In this document: positions 52,313 to 64,000 of the stretch, one piece after another | Layout of the letters: each line of letters begins with the position of its first letter | How positions within the stretch are numbered: position 1 is the stretch's first letter | Assembly: GCA_964057225.1 (NCBI GenBank) | Contig: OZ059894.1 | Coordinates: 16,678,001 to 16,742,000 of the forward strand | Direction of reading: 5' to 3' | Source of the DNA: Auanema rhodensis | Lineage: Eukaryota; Animalia; Nematoda | DNA length: 64,000 bases | Position numbers and translations under genes: made by a program | The notes under the pieces: generated by a model | The model's input: only the letters and a program-made list of their open reading frames with translations | Told to the model about the DNA's origin: nothing | Databases searched by the model: none

Positions 52313-55036
52313 TGGATGCCTCAATCCCATCTGATCAAAATCATAAGTTTCCAGTCTTCGAGAAGCTTTCTCGTGTTGTAGATCAATCTGAAAGAATTCG
52401 CCAGAATGTATTTGTGAAAGGTTTAGATTCATTTGTTTGGTAATAATAAAATAATATAAATTTAGAACTGGTAACTGAACCACCATGTGGTACTGTTCAC
52501 ACTATCTACGAGTGTATGCAAAGAGGTGCTACGGTTTCAAAAAATGGAAATCTATTTGGTGAAATAGTGAACGGAAAATATGAATGGGTTAAGTACGAAA
52601 ATGTACTAATAACATGATGGTAGAGTATAAAACTTAATTTCTAAACTGTTCAGGTTATAAACGATGCTGAAATACTCGGTTCTGCTATGTTAGAGCATGG
52701 ACTAAAGCCTGGTGATCGAGTAGGTATAGCTGGAGTACAAAGCAATAGGTTTTTCGTTTTAATTATCTTCACTCTTCAACGATTTTGTCTCAGATTTATG
52801 TTAGCTATGCATGGTATGGTTGCATATAACATGACAATTGTTCCTCTATATCACAATTCAAAACTAGAACACTTGTGGTAAGATGAATACTTCAAATCAT
52901 TCTTCATTAAAATAATTTAAGTCATATCATAAATAATTGTGGTCTTTCACTAGTTTTTGTTGATAATATTTCACGTTGTCAACAATTAATGGACAGAAAA
53001 AAGCAAAATGATTTGTCATGCTTGAAAAAGATTGTACTATTACCTGATTGTGATACTCCAAATTATTCATCAATTGAAGATTTAGAGGTAAATATTATAT
53101 GAGTTGAATCAAAAATCATCTATTTATATAGATCATCTCGTATTCTGAATTTTATGAAACTGGAAAAGCAGCACGTAAAGCTCCAATACCGCCATCAAAG
53201 GATGATGTTTATCTAATTTGTCATACAAGTGGAACAACAGGTAAAAGAGAAAAATAGAGATTTCACTTCTCTGAATAATTGTTTTAGGAACACCTAAAGG
53301 AGTTATGCTTACTCATGGTAACGTACTTGCTGCAGCAGCAGGCTTATACGTACAATGGGTTCCATCTCCAAATCGCTTTCATTTTGATTATAAGGATACC
53401 TACTTCAGCTTCTTAAGTTTAGCTCATGTTTATGAGCATCTCATGCAGGTTATACAGAACAACACATTTTATCTTCAATTTAAAATTTTTTTAAGACTTT
53501 TGTCATGTACATTGGGGGTAATATTGGATTTTATAATGGAAATATAGTTCAATTAGTTTCCAATATTCAGGTAAACAACGTGTTTGATCAAAAGTTAATG
53601 GACTTATATTCAGTTACTTCAACCAACAATTATTAGTTTGGTCCCAAGACTTTTAAATAAATTTCATGATCATATTCATTCGGAAGTTAATAAGAAGAAT
53701 GTTTTAAGTAAAGCTATATTTCAAATGGCTAAAGCTGTAAGTTATTTCTCTAAAAGCTTAAAAGTTTATAATTGGTTGTAGAAAAAGTTAAAACTTCTCA
53801 GTCGTGGAATTCAACGTTATGACACTGTTTGGGATAAATTGGTTTTCAATAAGGTTGATCAATGTTTTGAATATCAATTCTTTTTATGAATATTTTTAAG
53901 CTTCGACCATTATTTGGTGGAAAACTACGTATGATTACAACTGGTGGTGCACCTGTTACAGCTGCCGTTAAAAACTTCACCAGAATTGCATATGGGTGTC
54001 CTTTAGTTGAAGGGTTAACATTTAGAAAATTATCTTCAAACCAAAACAATAATATCCAGGTATGGACAAACAGAGTGTGCAGCTGCAGCTACCTTAAGCT
54101 TACCTTTTGAATATGAGCCTGGAGTTGTTGGTGGCCCAGCTCCATGGTCCCAGGTAAAATTTATATTTTTAGAAGAGCTCTGAATATTAAAATTATTTAC
54201 AGGTTAAATTGGTTGATGTTCCGGAACTACAGTACTTTGCTAAAGACAATAAAGGAGAAATTTGCTTCAGAGGTGCAGCTGTTATGAAAGGATATTTTGG
54301 AGATGAAGAATTAACGAAAAAAGTCATTGACGATGAAGTGAATTACAAACATTTTCTCAAAAACGTAGATTATCCATTTTTAGGGTTGGCTGCATACTGG
54401 TGATATTGGACATTGGATGGAAAATGGCTCACTGGCAGTAATAGATCGAAAGAACGCCTTGTTCAAGATGGCACAAGGAGACTTTGTTTCTCCAGAACAG
54501 ATTGAAGCTATTTATTTGAATTCTAGCTTAGTTACACAAGTATATTATCTCTATCAGTATGTAAAATACAAGGCTGTTTTAAGCTTTTTGTTACCGGAAA
54601 AACAACTAGAAGCTTCCTTGTTGGAATAGGTGTTGCCAATATTCCCATTATTCGAGCAGCTATTAGTTTACGAGCAGAGGTTATATTTTGATGAAAAGCT
54701 TATTAATCTTCTTAATTTCCAGTTTGCAAAACAATGTGAATTTTCTGATGCTGAGCTTCTCAATGATTCAGCTGTAACACAATTTATTTTACAAGAGCTT
54801 AACGCTGTCGGCCGTGAGAATGGACTTCAGACTATTGAAGTCATTAAGCATATCAAACTCACTATGAAAGTAAGAATCAAAAAAAAATGAGATTATTTCA
54901 AATAAAAAAAACTTTTTAGGAATGGACAGCTGAAGAGAACCTTGTCACACCAACATTGAAGCTTAGACGCCATTTAATGAACGAAAAATTTGAAGAAGAT
55001 ATAGAAAAAATGTATTCAGTTGAACAAGCATACTAA
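52313..55036 (+). CDS. acs-3: Long-chain fatty acyl-CoA synthetase (ACSL family), 17 exons
   Basis: AMP-binding P-loop LICHTSGTTGTPKGVMLTHGN, SFLSLAHVYE, TGGAP, EGYGQTEC, GEICFRG..VMKGY, GWLHTGDIG, IDRKNALFKMAQGDFVSPEQIE, VTPTLKLRR. All introns are 43-51 nt. The family is secure; the acs-3 symbol is tentative, based on my recollection of the CHTSGTTG and FLSLAH variants. Confidence 0.93.
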
Positions 55037-55635
55037 AATATATTAATTCTGCTTTACTTGTAGTTGTAAAAAAATTATTTAAACAAATAAGATCTTCATA
55101 AGGTATTTGTTTTGCTTTTCACACTTAGAGACATTGAAGATTATACATTATATAATTCAGAACCACATACAAATAATTAAAATCAACGCCATCTATGATC
55201 AAGATCTGAATTATGAATGACATCCTTGAAATATCTCATTGGTAACAATGTTTCCTCTCAATGACCATGAGGATCTTTTCAGTATACTTTACAGTATACT
55301 CGAAGAAACAAAACAAAATTGTCGGTTTGACCAACGTTTTTTCTTGTGAAATTCATTATTGCTGTAAATGTTGAGGTTTTGGGTTTAAACACAAAACGTT
55401 TTCCATTTGAACTTAACCAACCACCTTTTTTCTGTATTGAATTTATTGCTGACTTTCATAAACTCAGGTTCGCCTCCGTGTATACTGAGGGCACCAATAT
55501 CGTAGATTTGTTGACGCAAAACTTGTGCAGGTGCATGTTGCGTTAGTGTGTTAATAACCTACCGAATATAATTCATTACCGAATTTCGGCTTATATATTT
55601 CCTTATAAAAGAAGTATTGTTGAATCTGTGATATA

Positions 55636-56775
55636 ATGATGGATTGGTTATGGACTTCCGATCAAATTTCTGTAAGTTTTTATTGCTTTTAATATTTTTG
55701 TAAATGTGTTTTAGTGTGCTCCGTCTATTAGAGCTGGTATGCCATTGGAAATGGAAGCAAAAAATAGGAGAGACGGGGTGAATATTATCTGGGAAGTTGG
55801 AATCAACTTGAATTTGTGAGTTTTCATAGGATTGTATAAATTAGTTATAATTTTTTAGGAAACCATACCCTACATTAGCTACTGCTGCCTTATATTTTCA
55901 TCGTTTTTATATGTGTCATAAGTTCCAGGAGTTTCAACGGGAGGTAAGTAGATATGATAACCTTTAGAAACACCTTTTTTCTAAAACTAATGTATTGAAA
56001 GTATGTTTATCAAATTTAATTTAGTTGACGTCGTTAGGGTGCCTTTTTTTGGCAGGAAAAGTAGAAGAAACACCTAAAAAATGCAAAGATATTTGTAAAT
56101 GTGCTTTGGAAAAGTTTCCAATGTTGTATAAAAATAGGCACAGAGTGTTATTGGTTTGCTATTTAAGAATTATAAGATTTTAAATCATGCTTATAGGATG
56201 AAATTATGGGTATTGAACGAGTACTACTTCAAACGTTGAAGTTTGATCTTCAGGTAAATTCTTGTTCATTTTTTAAACAAAATTTTTTTATTCAGGTATT
56301 TCACCCTTATAAGTATGTTGCATTATTTGTGAATAAAATGAATCTTCCTGAAAACGAGGTTACTGTGGTTATATATATATTTTTTAATCAATAAGTTTTG
56401 AAGGCAAAAGGTATTGGCAGAAGAGCTTGGACATTGATAAACGATAGTATGCGTACAACACTTTGCATAGCATTCGATCCTCAGGTTTAGATAAAAACTA
56501 ATAGGTTTAGTTTTGTTTACTAATTTGTTTTACAGGTTGTATGTGTATGTATGTTGTTTTTGGCTGCTAAAATTGGCGAAGAAAGAAAAGATGAGGATCA
56601 ACCGGCTTGGTGGAATGATATCATTGCAAATTTATCTGTAGATTTAGTGAACCAAATTTGTCATAAGGTTTGCAACTAATTTGGAAGTTTTACTAAATGT
56701 TCATTTCAGGTTTTGGACTTCTATGATATTTCGAAAAAGGAAGTAGGAGTACCGATTGATCCTTCCATTTTCTAG
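55636..56775 (+). CDS. ccnk-1: Cyclin K, 9 exons
   Basis: Exons 55636-55671, 55715-55815, 55859-55943, 56025-56153, 56197-56253, 56296-56358, 56404-56484, 56536-56667, 56710-56775. Motifs W.W....[76 protein letters not shown]. Confidence 0.93.
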
Positions 56776-57167
56776 AGTAGTGTTATTAGTAGCATCAAAT
56801 GTGATAGGTTCGCTATTTCTCTTTAAAAGTTTTATAAAATATATTTATTCTTCTAAAGTTTTCATTGTTTGTGATTTCTGAGATTGCCCACGGCTCTTTG
56901 TTGATCTGTACGATGCTTTTTATAATTTACGTGTTATTTATGGCAATAATTCATATTACTTTTTGTCGTTCCTGTTGGTAGTAGTTCACGTTTTCATCTT
57001 ATTATACATTCCTTCTATCATTGTTTTAACGTGTTAAGGTTCTTAAACCTTCCTTCTTTTGTCATAATTTTGTAATAAGTTTATTGAGTTATTACGTATG
57101 AGTACGGAATTCAATCTAATAAAAGTGGTATTCAATTGTTCCAAAGTTGAGTGTCATTATAAGAGAA

Positions 57168-58955
57168 CTATTCTTCTTCTTCGATATCTCCATTTGTTCT
57201 GAATTGAAATTGATTAACTCAGCTTATGAGTCAAAACCAACTACTTACTTCTTCCTTGAATCGATTGTTGATCGAACGATAGTTGAGAAGCGATTCCTTG
57301 ACTGTACGTTTTTCCTTTCTTCCAACAACCTCTCACTTTCTTCTATATCCTCCGGTTTGATCAGCTTCATCTCATTCTCTGATAATTTGAAGGAAGCTAG
57401 ATGAGACTTAGGTATAACATCCTACAAACAACATAAATACAACTGGTTTCTATGTCTGCGAAAATAAAAATAAGCGTATGGCTTTTGGTCACCATATAAG
57501 CTAATTTTCTTTTAGAAAACAATGATCACCTGAATCTTGAATGATGCACGAGTATGTGGAATGTTTGGATTCATTGGGGCTCCAATGCTTGGGCACATGT
57601 CGGCTAGTTCAGTTGCCATCATATGAGCAATGCAGGTGTTTCTGTCCAAAACATAATTCAATTCTAAATATAATCGTCAAATAGTTGAGTTCAAGATGTT
57701 GTTGTTTTACCAAAGTCATCGTCATCTTCTCCGAATGGATTCATCAAAAATTGTCCGACCTTAAGCCATCCAAGATAGAACAACATTTGGAAAGTGGTGA
57801 AGATTGGGAATAAAATAGTAATTTCTTTTTCCATAGACTTTTGATCAAGTTTAGGTTGACGTCCAATAAGACAAATGAAGAAATAACCGTAGGTAGCAAT
57901 GGCAACTACTTGAGTATAAACTAATGGAATCTTAACCCAATCGTATACGAAAAGCATGGCAAATCCGTCACGGTAACTGTAAACCTATAAAACATTCAAC
58001 TCATTTTATTGAAATTGAAGCATCTCACCTGCTTAAGAAGCATGTCCATCTGAATTGTGTCAATCTTTTTTTCTGCATATTGTTTCTTGATGATGTTAAC
58101 AATCCAAATGATTGGTACAAACCTATATGAGGTGTTATATTCTAGTTAATAACTATGTCAAATTACCATTTTCCATGTGGAGCATCACAGTTCATGTATA
58201 AGTCATATTCTTCTTCTGTCATTAAACTAGCTTCAACCAAATGACGAGCAGTTGGGAAACGTTTCAGTGTTCGAACTGAAATTCCTGACCAAGCAATGGC
58301 AGCCTAACATTGTTTTTTCTCAATCGAAATCTTTAGAATGCAACTACCTGGAGACTGCTCCATCTGGCAATAGCCTGACGAACTGGCAAGTTTTCGGTTC
58401 CTGGAAGACAAGCCGATACCATCATCATCATTTTGTCTGGCCATGAAATCCAGTTGAATTGCTCCCACCTGAGAAAAAACAAACAATTCAATAAATTTAT
58501 ATTGAAAGAAACGCTTCGTTCTTTATCAAACCCAATGCTTTTTCAAAAGTCATGGAAAAGACAAATTTTTTTCTGCGAAACAACAGGTTGTTTATGCATT
58601 GTACAAAAGATTTCATGACTTTCATAGATTGTTAGCAGGGAATCATTATTTCTTACCATCTTGCAACAATCACTGATACGAAGAAACCAAGCAAGAATGA
58701 TAGAGGAATGTATTGAGCTCCAATTTCACACCAGTTAATCCATCCAGTGAAGTATTCCTTCTGCTTTTCGTCCAGAATATACCACTAACAAAATCCAATT
58801 AATTAAAAAACTTAATGTTCATGACTTACTTGTACAGCGAGGATAACATAATATGCAATGTAGAAAGCAATTAAATCTTTTAATACGGCTTTCCATAGAG
58901 ATCCTCTCCACCGGAGCATTAATGAGGAAAATTCCTCATCGTAAGAGATTGTCAT
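57168..58955 (-). CDS. Bestrophin family chloride channel
   Basis: MTISYDEEFSSLMLRWRGSLWK, IPLSFLLGFFVSVIVARWWEQF..SWPD, KRFP motif, [43 protein letters not shown]; ends NGDIEEEE* at 57168. I cannot assign the best-n paralogue. Confidence 0.95.
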
Positions 58956-61780
58956 ACCTTAGTTTTTGATTATATTAATTAGAAAAATCAAACAAAAATC
59001 GATTAAATACAAACGATGTTATAAATAGATATTTCTGATTTACAGGCAATAGTTTTGGATATAATTACAAGAGTGTTATCTTGCATAAAAGGTAAAGAAC
59101 AAAACGTCCTTAATGTCGAACTTGTTACAGCATGAAGAAATGGAGATGCAACATAATCAATCATTGTTCAGAAAAAGTTTATCGTATATGGAAACTTTTT
59201 CGAATATATGATTTTGTGAAGTTTATAAAAACATTTAAAAAAAGCTCATTTAAGGTGTAAAAAATGAAAAATTGATGTGTTTGCTGAGTATCTCTAGATT
59301 TCCGTCAAAAACTACTAACATTTGGCATTGGATGGTATGGATTGGGTTAAAAGAAATGTTCGATTCAACGAATAGATCATCTAATCATTTCTCCTATTTC
59401 TTACATTTTTTTTCGCTTTCATTCGATTTCTTTTCAATTTTTTGAATAAACAGCTTTTCAGTTATAGCTATGAAAAATGAGGCCAAAAACAACTGAAGTT
59501 TAAATTATCCGCAGAATTTTTTCAATTAAAATAGCAAACTTAAGAAGAAAAATTAAATATAAAATCAATTTAATAATTAAGAATAGATTTTCAAAAGAAT
59601 TTGAGCTATATTATCTCTGAACAGTGCAGATGATATCAAAAGCTGTACGAGATGCTTTAATAAACGAAAACCAAATTTATATTGAAAAAGCTGACTAATA
59701 AAAAATAAAACGTTCTTTTCAATGCTATTATAGCGGAACTATTGTAGCGTAAGAAAATATTGATGACTATCAAGGTTTGTCAAGGTTTAGCCGAATTCTA
59801 TATCTTTAGTTCTATGACCGATATGACTGCATATCGTTCAGTACCATCATATGCAGTTTCTATGTTTAGATAGAACGCGGACGTTTTCTTAAATACCTTG
59901 AAACATTTAAGAAAATTTGAACTTTAAAAGTAGAAAATTATAATTCTCAGTATATATATAGGTATTCTGTAACTTTTCAAAAGGTTTAATGTAAATATTT
60001 GATAGTTTGATCTTAACCTAGAATGAATTTCTTTATAGTATAAATCGCAAATTGTTATTTAACAAATTCCTATAGAAATAAGAAAAAACAGAGAAATGCT
60101 GTATTATTTGAAGGAGATTGACGAATTATCTTAGAATGAATTGATCTTTAAAACATTTCAAGTACGAAGTCTGGAGGTAAGGACAGTAATTACTATCTTT
60201 ACATGGTAAGTTAAAGAGTAAAAATAGCCTTAAAAGAATCACAACATGATTTTCAAGAACATAGAATTTTTCTGTACAATAATTATAAGGTTAAGGTAGT
60301 TTTCAGTTCGTTTTTGGGTAGAAATCTAATCTTTCCTATAAAAAACAAAAAAGAACGGGTCGCAATTATTTGAAAAATGAGATAGAATTGTATGTTGAGG
60401 TAATGCCTCTTGTCTTCCTATTTTATCTAAGTATCCAAATTAAAATGAGAACAAAATTCTGTTTTTAAGAAAAAAACCCATAAAAAACAATCAACAATGT
60501 TATTACATGAACTTTTATGAAAAATTTACTTCAAATAGTTGGCATCACCTCTGGGTTTTTAAGCAGGGACTGTATTATTTTCTCGAAAAAAAGGAAAACA
60601 TCATATTATCAAATAACGAATCATATTTTTAAATCAAGATGTTTTAGCTAATCGAAAACTAAACATGGCATGTCTAGATTCATGCTAGAGAGGGCTGAGG
60701 GGGAAACGAAAGCCACAACTAACTAACAAGTCAAAAAGTGTACGACGTTGGAAAGACATAAAAAAAGAAAGATTGATAGTAAGAGAAAAGGCATAGAAAG
60801 GAAATATAGAGAGAGATGAGTGGCGTGTCCACCTCTGATGGAGTATATACTGGGAGGGCGACGTCAACGTCGTCTTCATAGGACAGGGACATAGTCTTCG
60901 TCTTCTCCGTCTTCTTGTATTGTTTTCCGTTCCCGTCAACAGTTGCCGCTCTCTAACGTCTCCGACCACAATCGGCACTAACCATAACCCGTTTTCATAC
61001 AGCGCCCACTATGTCTTCTTTTCTTATTTCCTACTAACATATTTGATCGAATTAACCCATCACCGCAATCATCTCCAACACCAAGGCTTCTCTTAGGTCG
61101 TCTAGCCATCATACAATTACCATAGATCTTGGTATTTCAAAAGAACATTCCTAGAAATGGAAAACATGATTCATATCATTTAATAGACAAAGTGTCTACA
61201 GTCTAAAAAATTTCAATCACTTAGGATTTCCTCAGTATTTAGTTATGACGACATAACATTGTCTAGTTCCAACAGGCTACTGGAATCTGATAATCCACTT
61301 ACCAATAGTTGTAGTGCCATTGTGTTCAGACTTTCTTATGACAGACGATATATAGAGTAAATTTAATTCATAATATAGGCATATACTAGATTTTTTCATA
61401 TATTTCAGAAGTAAAGTTCCAAATAAGTTTTTGTTTTTTTTTTGTTTTTAACTGACACCAACTGTATCGACTAAACGCGCAACAATACAATCCGACCTTG
61501 GTCATTCCGATGGTCAGCCCAACTAATTGATATAGATAGACACTTTTCTTATTTGGCCACAATTTTACAAACTGATTGTAGAGAGAAAAAAAACAATTGA
61601 TTCCAAATAGGAAGTGATTTTTCAATAAATTATGCAGACACTAAGCTTATGCTGTTCATATTTTAAAAATTATATTTCTTGGAAATTTAAAACAATAACA
61701 GAAATTCATAACAACACTATACAATTACTAAAAGTTCTAAAATAATGTAAAGATCTGAGTTATCTATAACATACTGACAC

Positions 61781-63534
61781 TTATTCTTCCTTAGGGTGAA
61801 CTCCAGAAAGACCGATACCTAAAGGAATAGGGCGTACACCAGCAACACCCTTTTCATGATTATCAGCAGCCCAGTTGCGACGAGCATTACGAGTCCATCT
61901 TGGAACAACTTCATCAGCTAATAACCGGACCATAACCTAAAATAAAATAAAATACATACATTATTTCATTTAACTAGTTTACGTCTTCATGATTTCTGAA
62001 AGGATGCTTTCTCCATTGAGCATCTAAATGACCAGGAGCGTTGGCATAGAATGGAAGTTGTTTAGGTTTACGAAGAGGATAGCGACCTTCTCCGTAAAAA
62101 TCATCAAGATTTAAGCGCTGTAACATAATCCAATTAACTAAAAAGTATTAATGTTAAAAAGTTACATCAAGATCGTCTAATTCATCTTCTTCCTTCAATG
62201 GCGTTAAAATAGGAGATGCAACTATTTGAGGTAAGAAATGTCTTGATGGTGACATTTCCACAACGTGGAGACCTGCGAAATAGCAAAAATAATAAAATAA
62301 GTTGGGAAAACTTACCTTTTCTTTCAGCAAGTTGCTGATGAGATTCTTGGTTCAGCAATCCTGTGATGAATGCATGTGTTAATGCAAGATAGTTTTTGGT
62401 GGAACCCTCAACTTTTACATAAATGTCTTTAATGCCAATAACCTGTAAAAGCTTTACAATTATTACTGTCATTTCAAACATTCTTGCCTCGCAAATTTTC
62501 ATCAAGCGTGGGTGGCAGGTTAATCCAAAACCTGGAGGTCTTCTTTGGGCAAAAACTCGTGTGTTTCTGCATTCAGCATAGAAATCCTGAACGCGAAATA
62601 GGAACGCTTGCAACAAAAACACAAACAAACTTGATAGATAGTTCTGCCTTCATGTAAATCAACGAAAAAAAGTTTTTTCGAGGCCATGTTCATTCCGTTA
62701 ATGATAGCTGTTGTGGTTCTATGAATGGGGGCCTAGCAATATGTAAATTTCAATAAAGATTTAAAAGAGGATATAGTACCTTTCCAACTGCAAATCCAGC
62801 TAAGCCTTTTCCATTACCTGTTATAACCAATGCTGACATAGTGTGAACTCTTCCAAAAACGTTAGTCATATTGGAGGTTCTTTTAACCTTAAACCCAAAA
62901 TACGATTACATCAAATTCTAACAATTGAAGTCACCTCTAAACAGAATGATTCAAAATTTTCAAAGTTGTTTTGTTCAATAGGAGGTGGAGGACCAAGCTT
63001 TTGACCAACAAGTTGTGTTCCACTGAAACCTCTTTCGAGCGGATGTAATTTTTCACGATTACGACGCTTCCCAGTACTTAAAAATATTGATAAAATTGAA
63101 GTAGTAAATTTAAAAAAAATACTCTTTTCTTTCTTCTAATTTAGTTCTGATAACCGAAAGTGCTGATTTAGCTTCTTCATCAGTTTGTTCCACAACACTG
63201 ACTGGCTCTTCTTCGATAACTCTAAGTGGAGCATTCAATCCTGGATACTGAACTTTCATTGGACCTTAAATCTTTGTTTTTTTACAACGATACAAAAAAT
63301 GAAAACATACTTGAACCAATTCTATAGAAATTCTGAAGAGGTCGAACTTGTTGTCTGGTATTTCTTCTACCTTTTTTCTGTCCAGACTTAGAAACACTAG
63401 TTAAAGTTTTCCATAATTCCTGCTGATTCCCTAAGAAGACCATACAAAACTCTAATCTAGAAACTGAACTAACTTCTCATGAAAAAATTTACAGAATTAG
63501 CTCTGATTTGAGTGAATGGTATCAAGGAAGCCAT
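61781..63534 (-). CDS. mrps-5: Mitochondrial small ribosomal subunit protein uS5m, 11 exons
   Basis: MASLIPFTQIRANSVNFFMR..ELWKTLTSVSKSGQKKGRR..GLNAPLR..HPLERGFSGTQLVGQKLGPPP..VKRTSNMTNVFGRVHTMSALVITGNGKGLAGFAVGK..RRPPGFGLTCHPRLMKICE-VIGIKDIYVKVEGS; contains the S5 N- and C-terminal domains. Confidence 0.95.
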
Positions 63535-63672
63535 TTTACATAGGTTTCAACACTAAATAAAAATAAAATTTACAACAAAATCATACTATTTCAAGATATA
63601 AAAAAGTGTAAAACTCTTTTTGAAAATTGAAAAAAATACAAGATTTTTTAATAAATTACAATATTACAATAG

Positions 63673-63696
63673 TAATAATAATAATAATAATAATAA
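63673..63696 (+). repeat. (TAA)n microsatellite
   Basis: Directly visible trinucleotide run. Confidence 0.9.
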
Positions 63697-63706
63697 CCCA
63701 TAAATT

Positions 63707-63754
63707 GCGGCGAAAACAATACATCACAACAATACCTACAAATTTTGTTCGCGG
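63707..63754. promoter_or_regulatory. Two E2F-like CpG motifs upstream of mrps-5
   Basis: TTTTCGCCGC on the minus strand (63707-63716) and TTCGCGG (63748-63754) in otherwise AT-rich DNA. Confidence 0.3.
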
Positions 63755-63897
63755 ACGTGTTATTAAATATATAAATTAGTGATGAACACAGTTCAGGCAT
63801 AAAAAAGAAGCATTAGTTGGTGATAAAACCCGAGAATTTAAGAGAGGAATATCACAGTGAAAAATGAATAGAATTGCTAATTAAATCTGATATTAAG

Positions 63898-64000
63898 TTA
63901 GTCCCTGGAATTATTTAAAAATAAAATATAAATAAATAATAAACTTACTCGTGGAAATGTACTTCACCCTGAGGTCGAAATAGATAATGTATCAAGAAGA
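63898..64000 (-). CDS. 3' end of an unidentified gene entering from beyond the window
   Basis: Open frame ..FLIHYLFRPQGEVHFHE, then a canonical 44 nt intron 63948-63905 (GTAAGT..TTCCAG), then a last exon ending D* at 63898. The other two frames contain stops. Confidence 0.55.

Noticed and set aside
55382-55405. GGTTTAA start resembling a spliced-leader RNA gene
   Set aside because: The rest of the 22-nt leader, the donor and the Sm site do not match SL1 or SL2.
60685-60978. 97-aa minus-strand ORF with a poly-Arg run
   Set aside because: Non-ATG start, low-complexity origin, no splice support or motif; treated as non-coding.

Overview
Very AT-rich eukaryotic DNA from a rhabditid nematode: the proteins resemble C. 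elegans orthologues, and the genes are split by many 40-55 nt introns, so the ORF track captures only fragments. By manual splicing I reconstruct 11 intact genes: a Shaw/Kv3 potassium channel (+), pinin (-), moc-1 (gephyrin E/MoeA) (-), an ~83 aa single-pass membrane microprotein absent from the ORF track (-), a ROL-6/SQT-1-type cuticle collagen (+), a peptide-receptor-like class A GPCR (+), an orphan poly-His protein (+), a long-chain acyl-CoA synthetase (+), cyclin K (+), a bestrophin (-) and mrps-5 (-). The 3' end of a further gene enters at the right edge. The most striking element is a decayed island at ~43.5-45.8 kb, where a Maverick/Polinton-type integrase pseudogene abuts, head-to-head, an intron-containing trypsin-like serine protease pseudogene resembling the wosp cargo proteases that nematode Mavericks move between species. 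Other observations include many AAG 3' splice sites, an in-frame GC-AG intron in mrps-5, and GC-rich hairpin islands with a shared AGCGCGGG motif upstream of housekeeping genes. All gene models and family assignments are by eye, without database searches.
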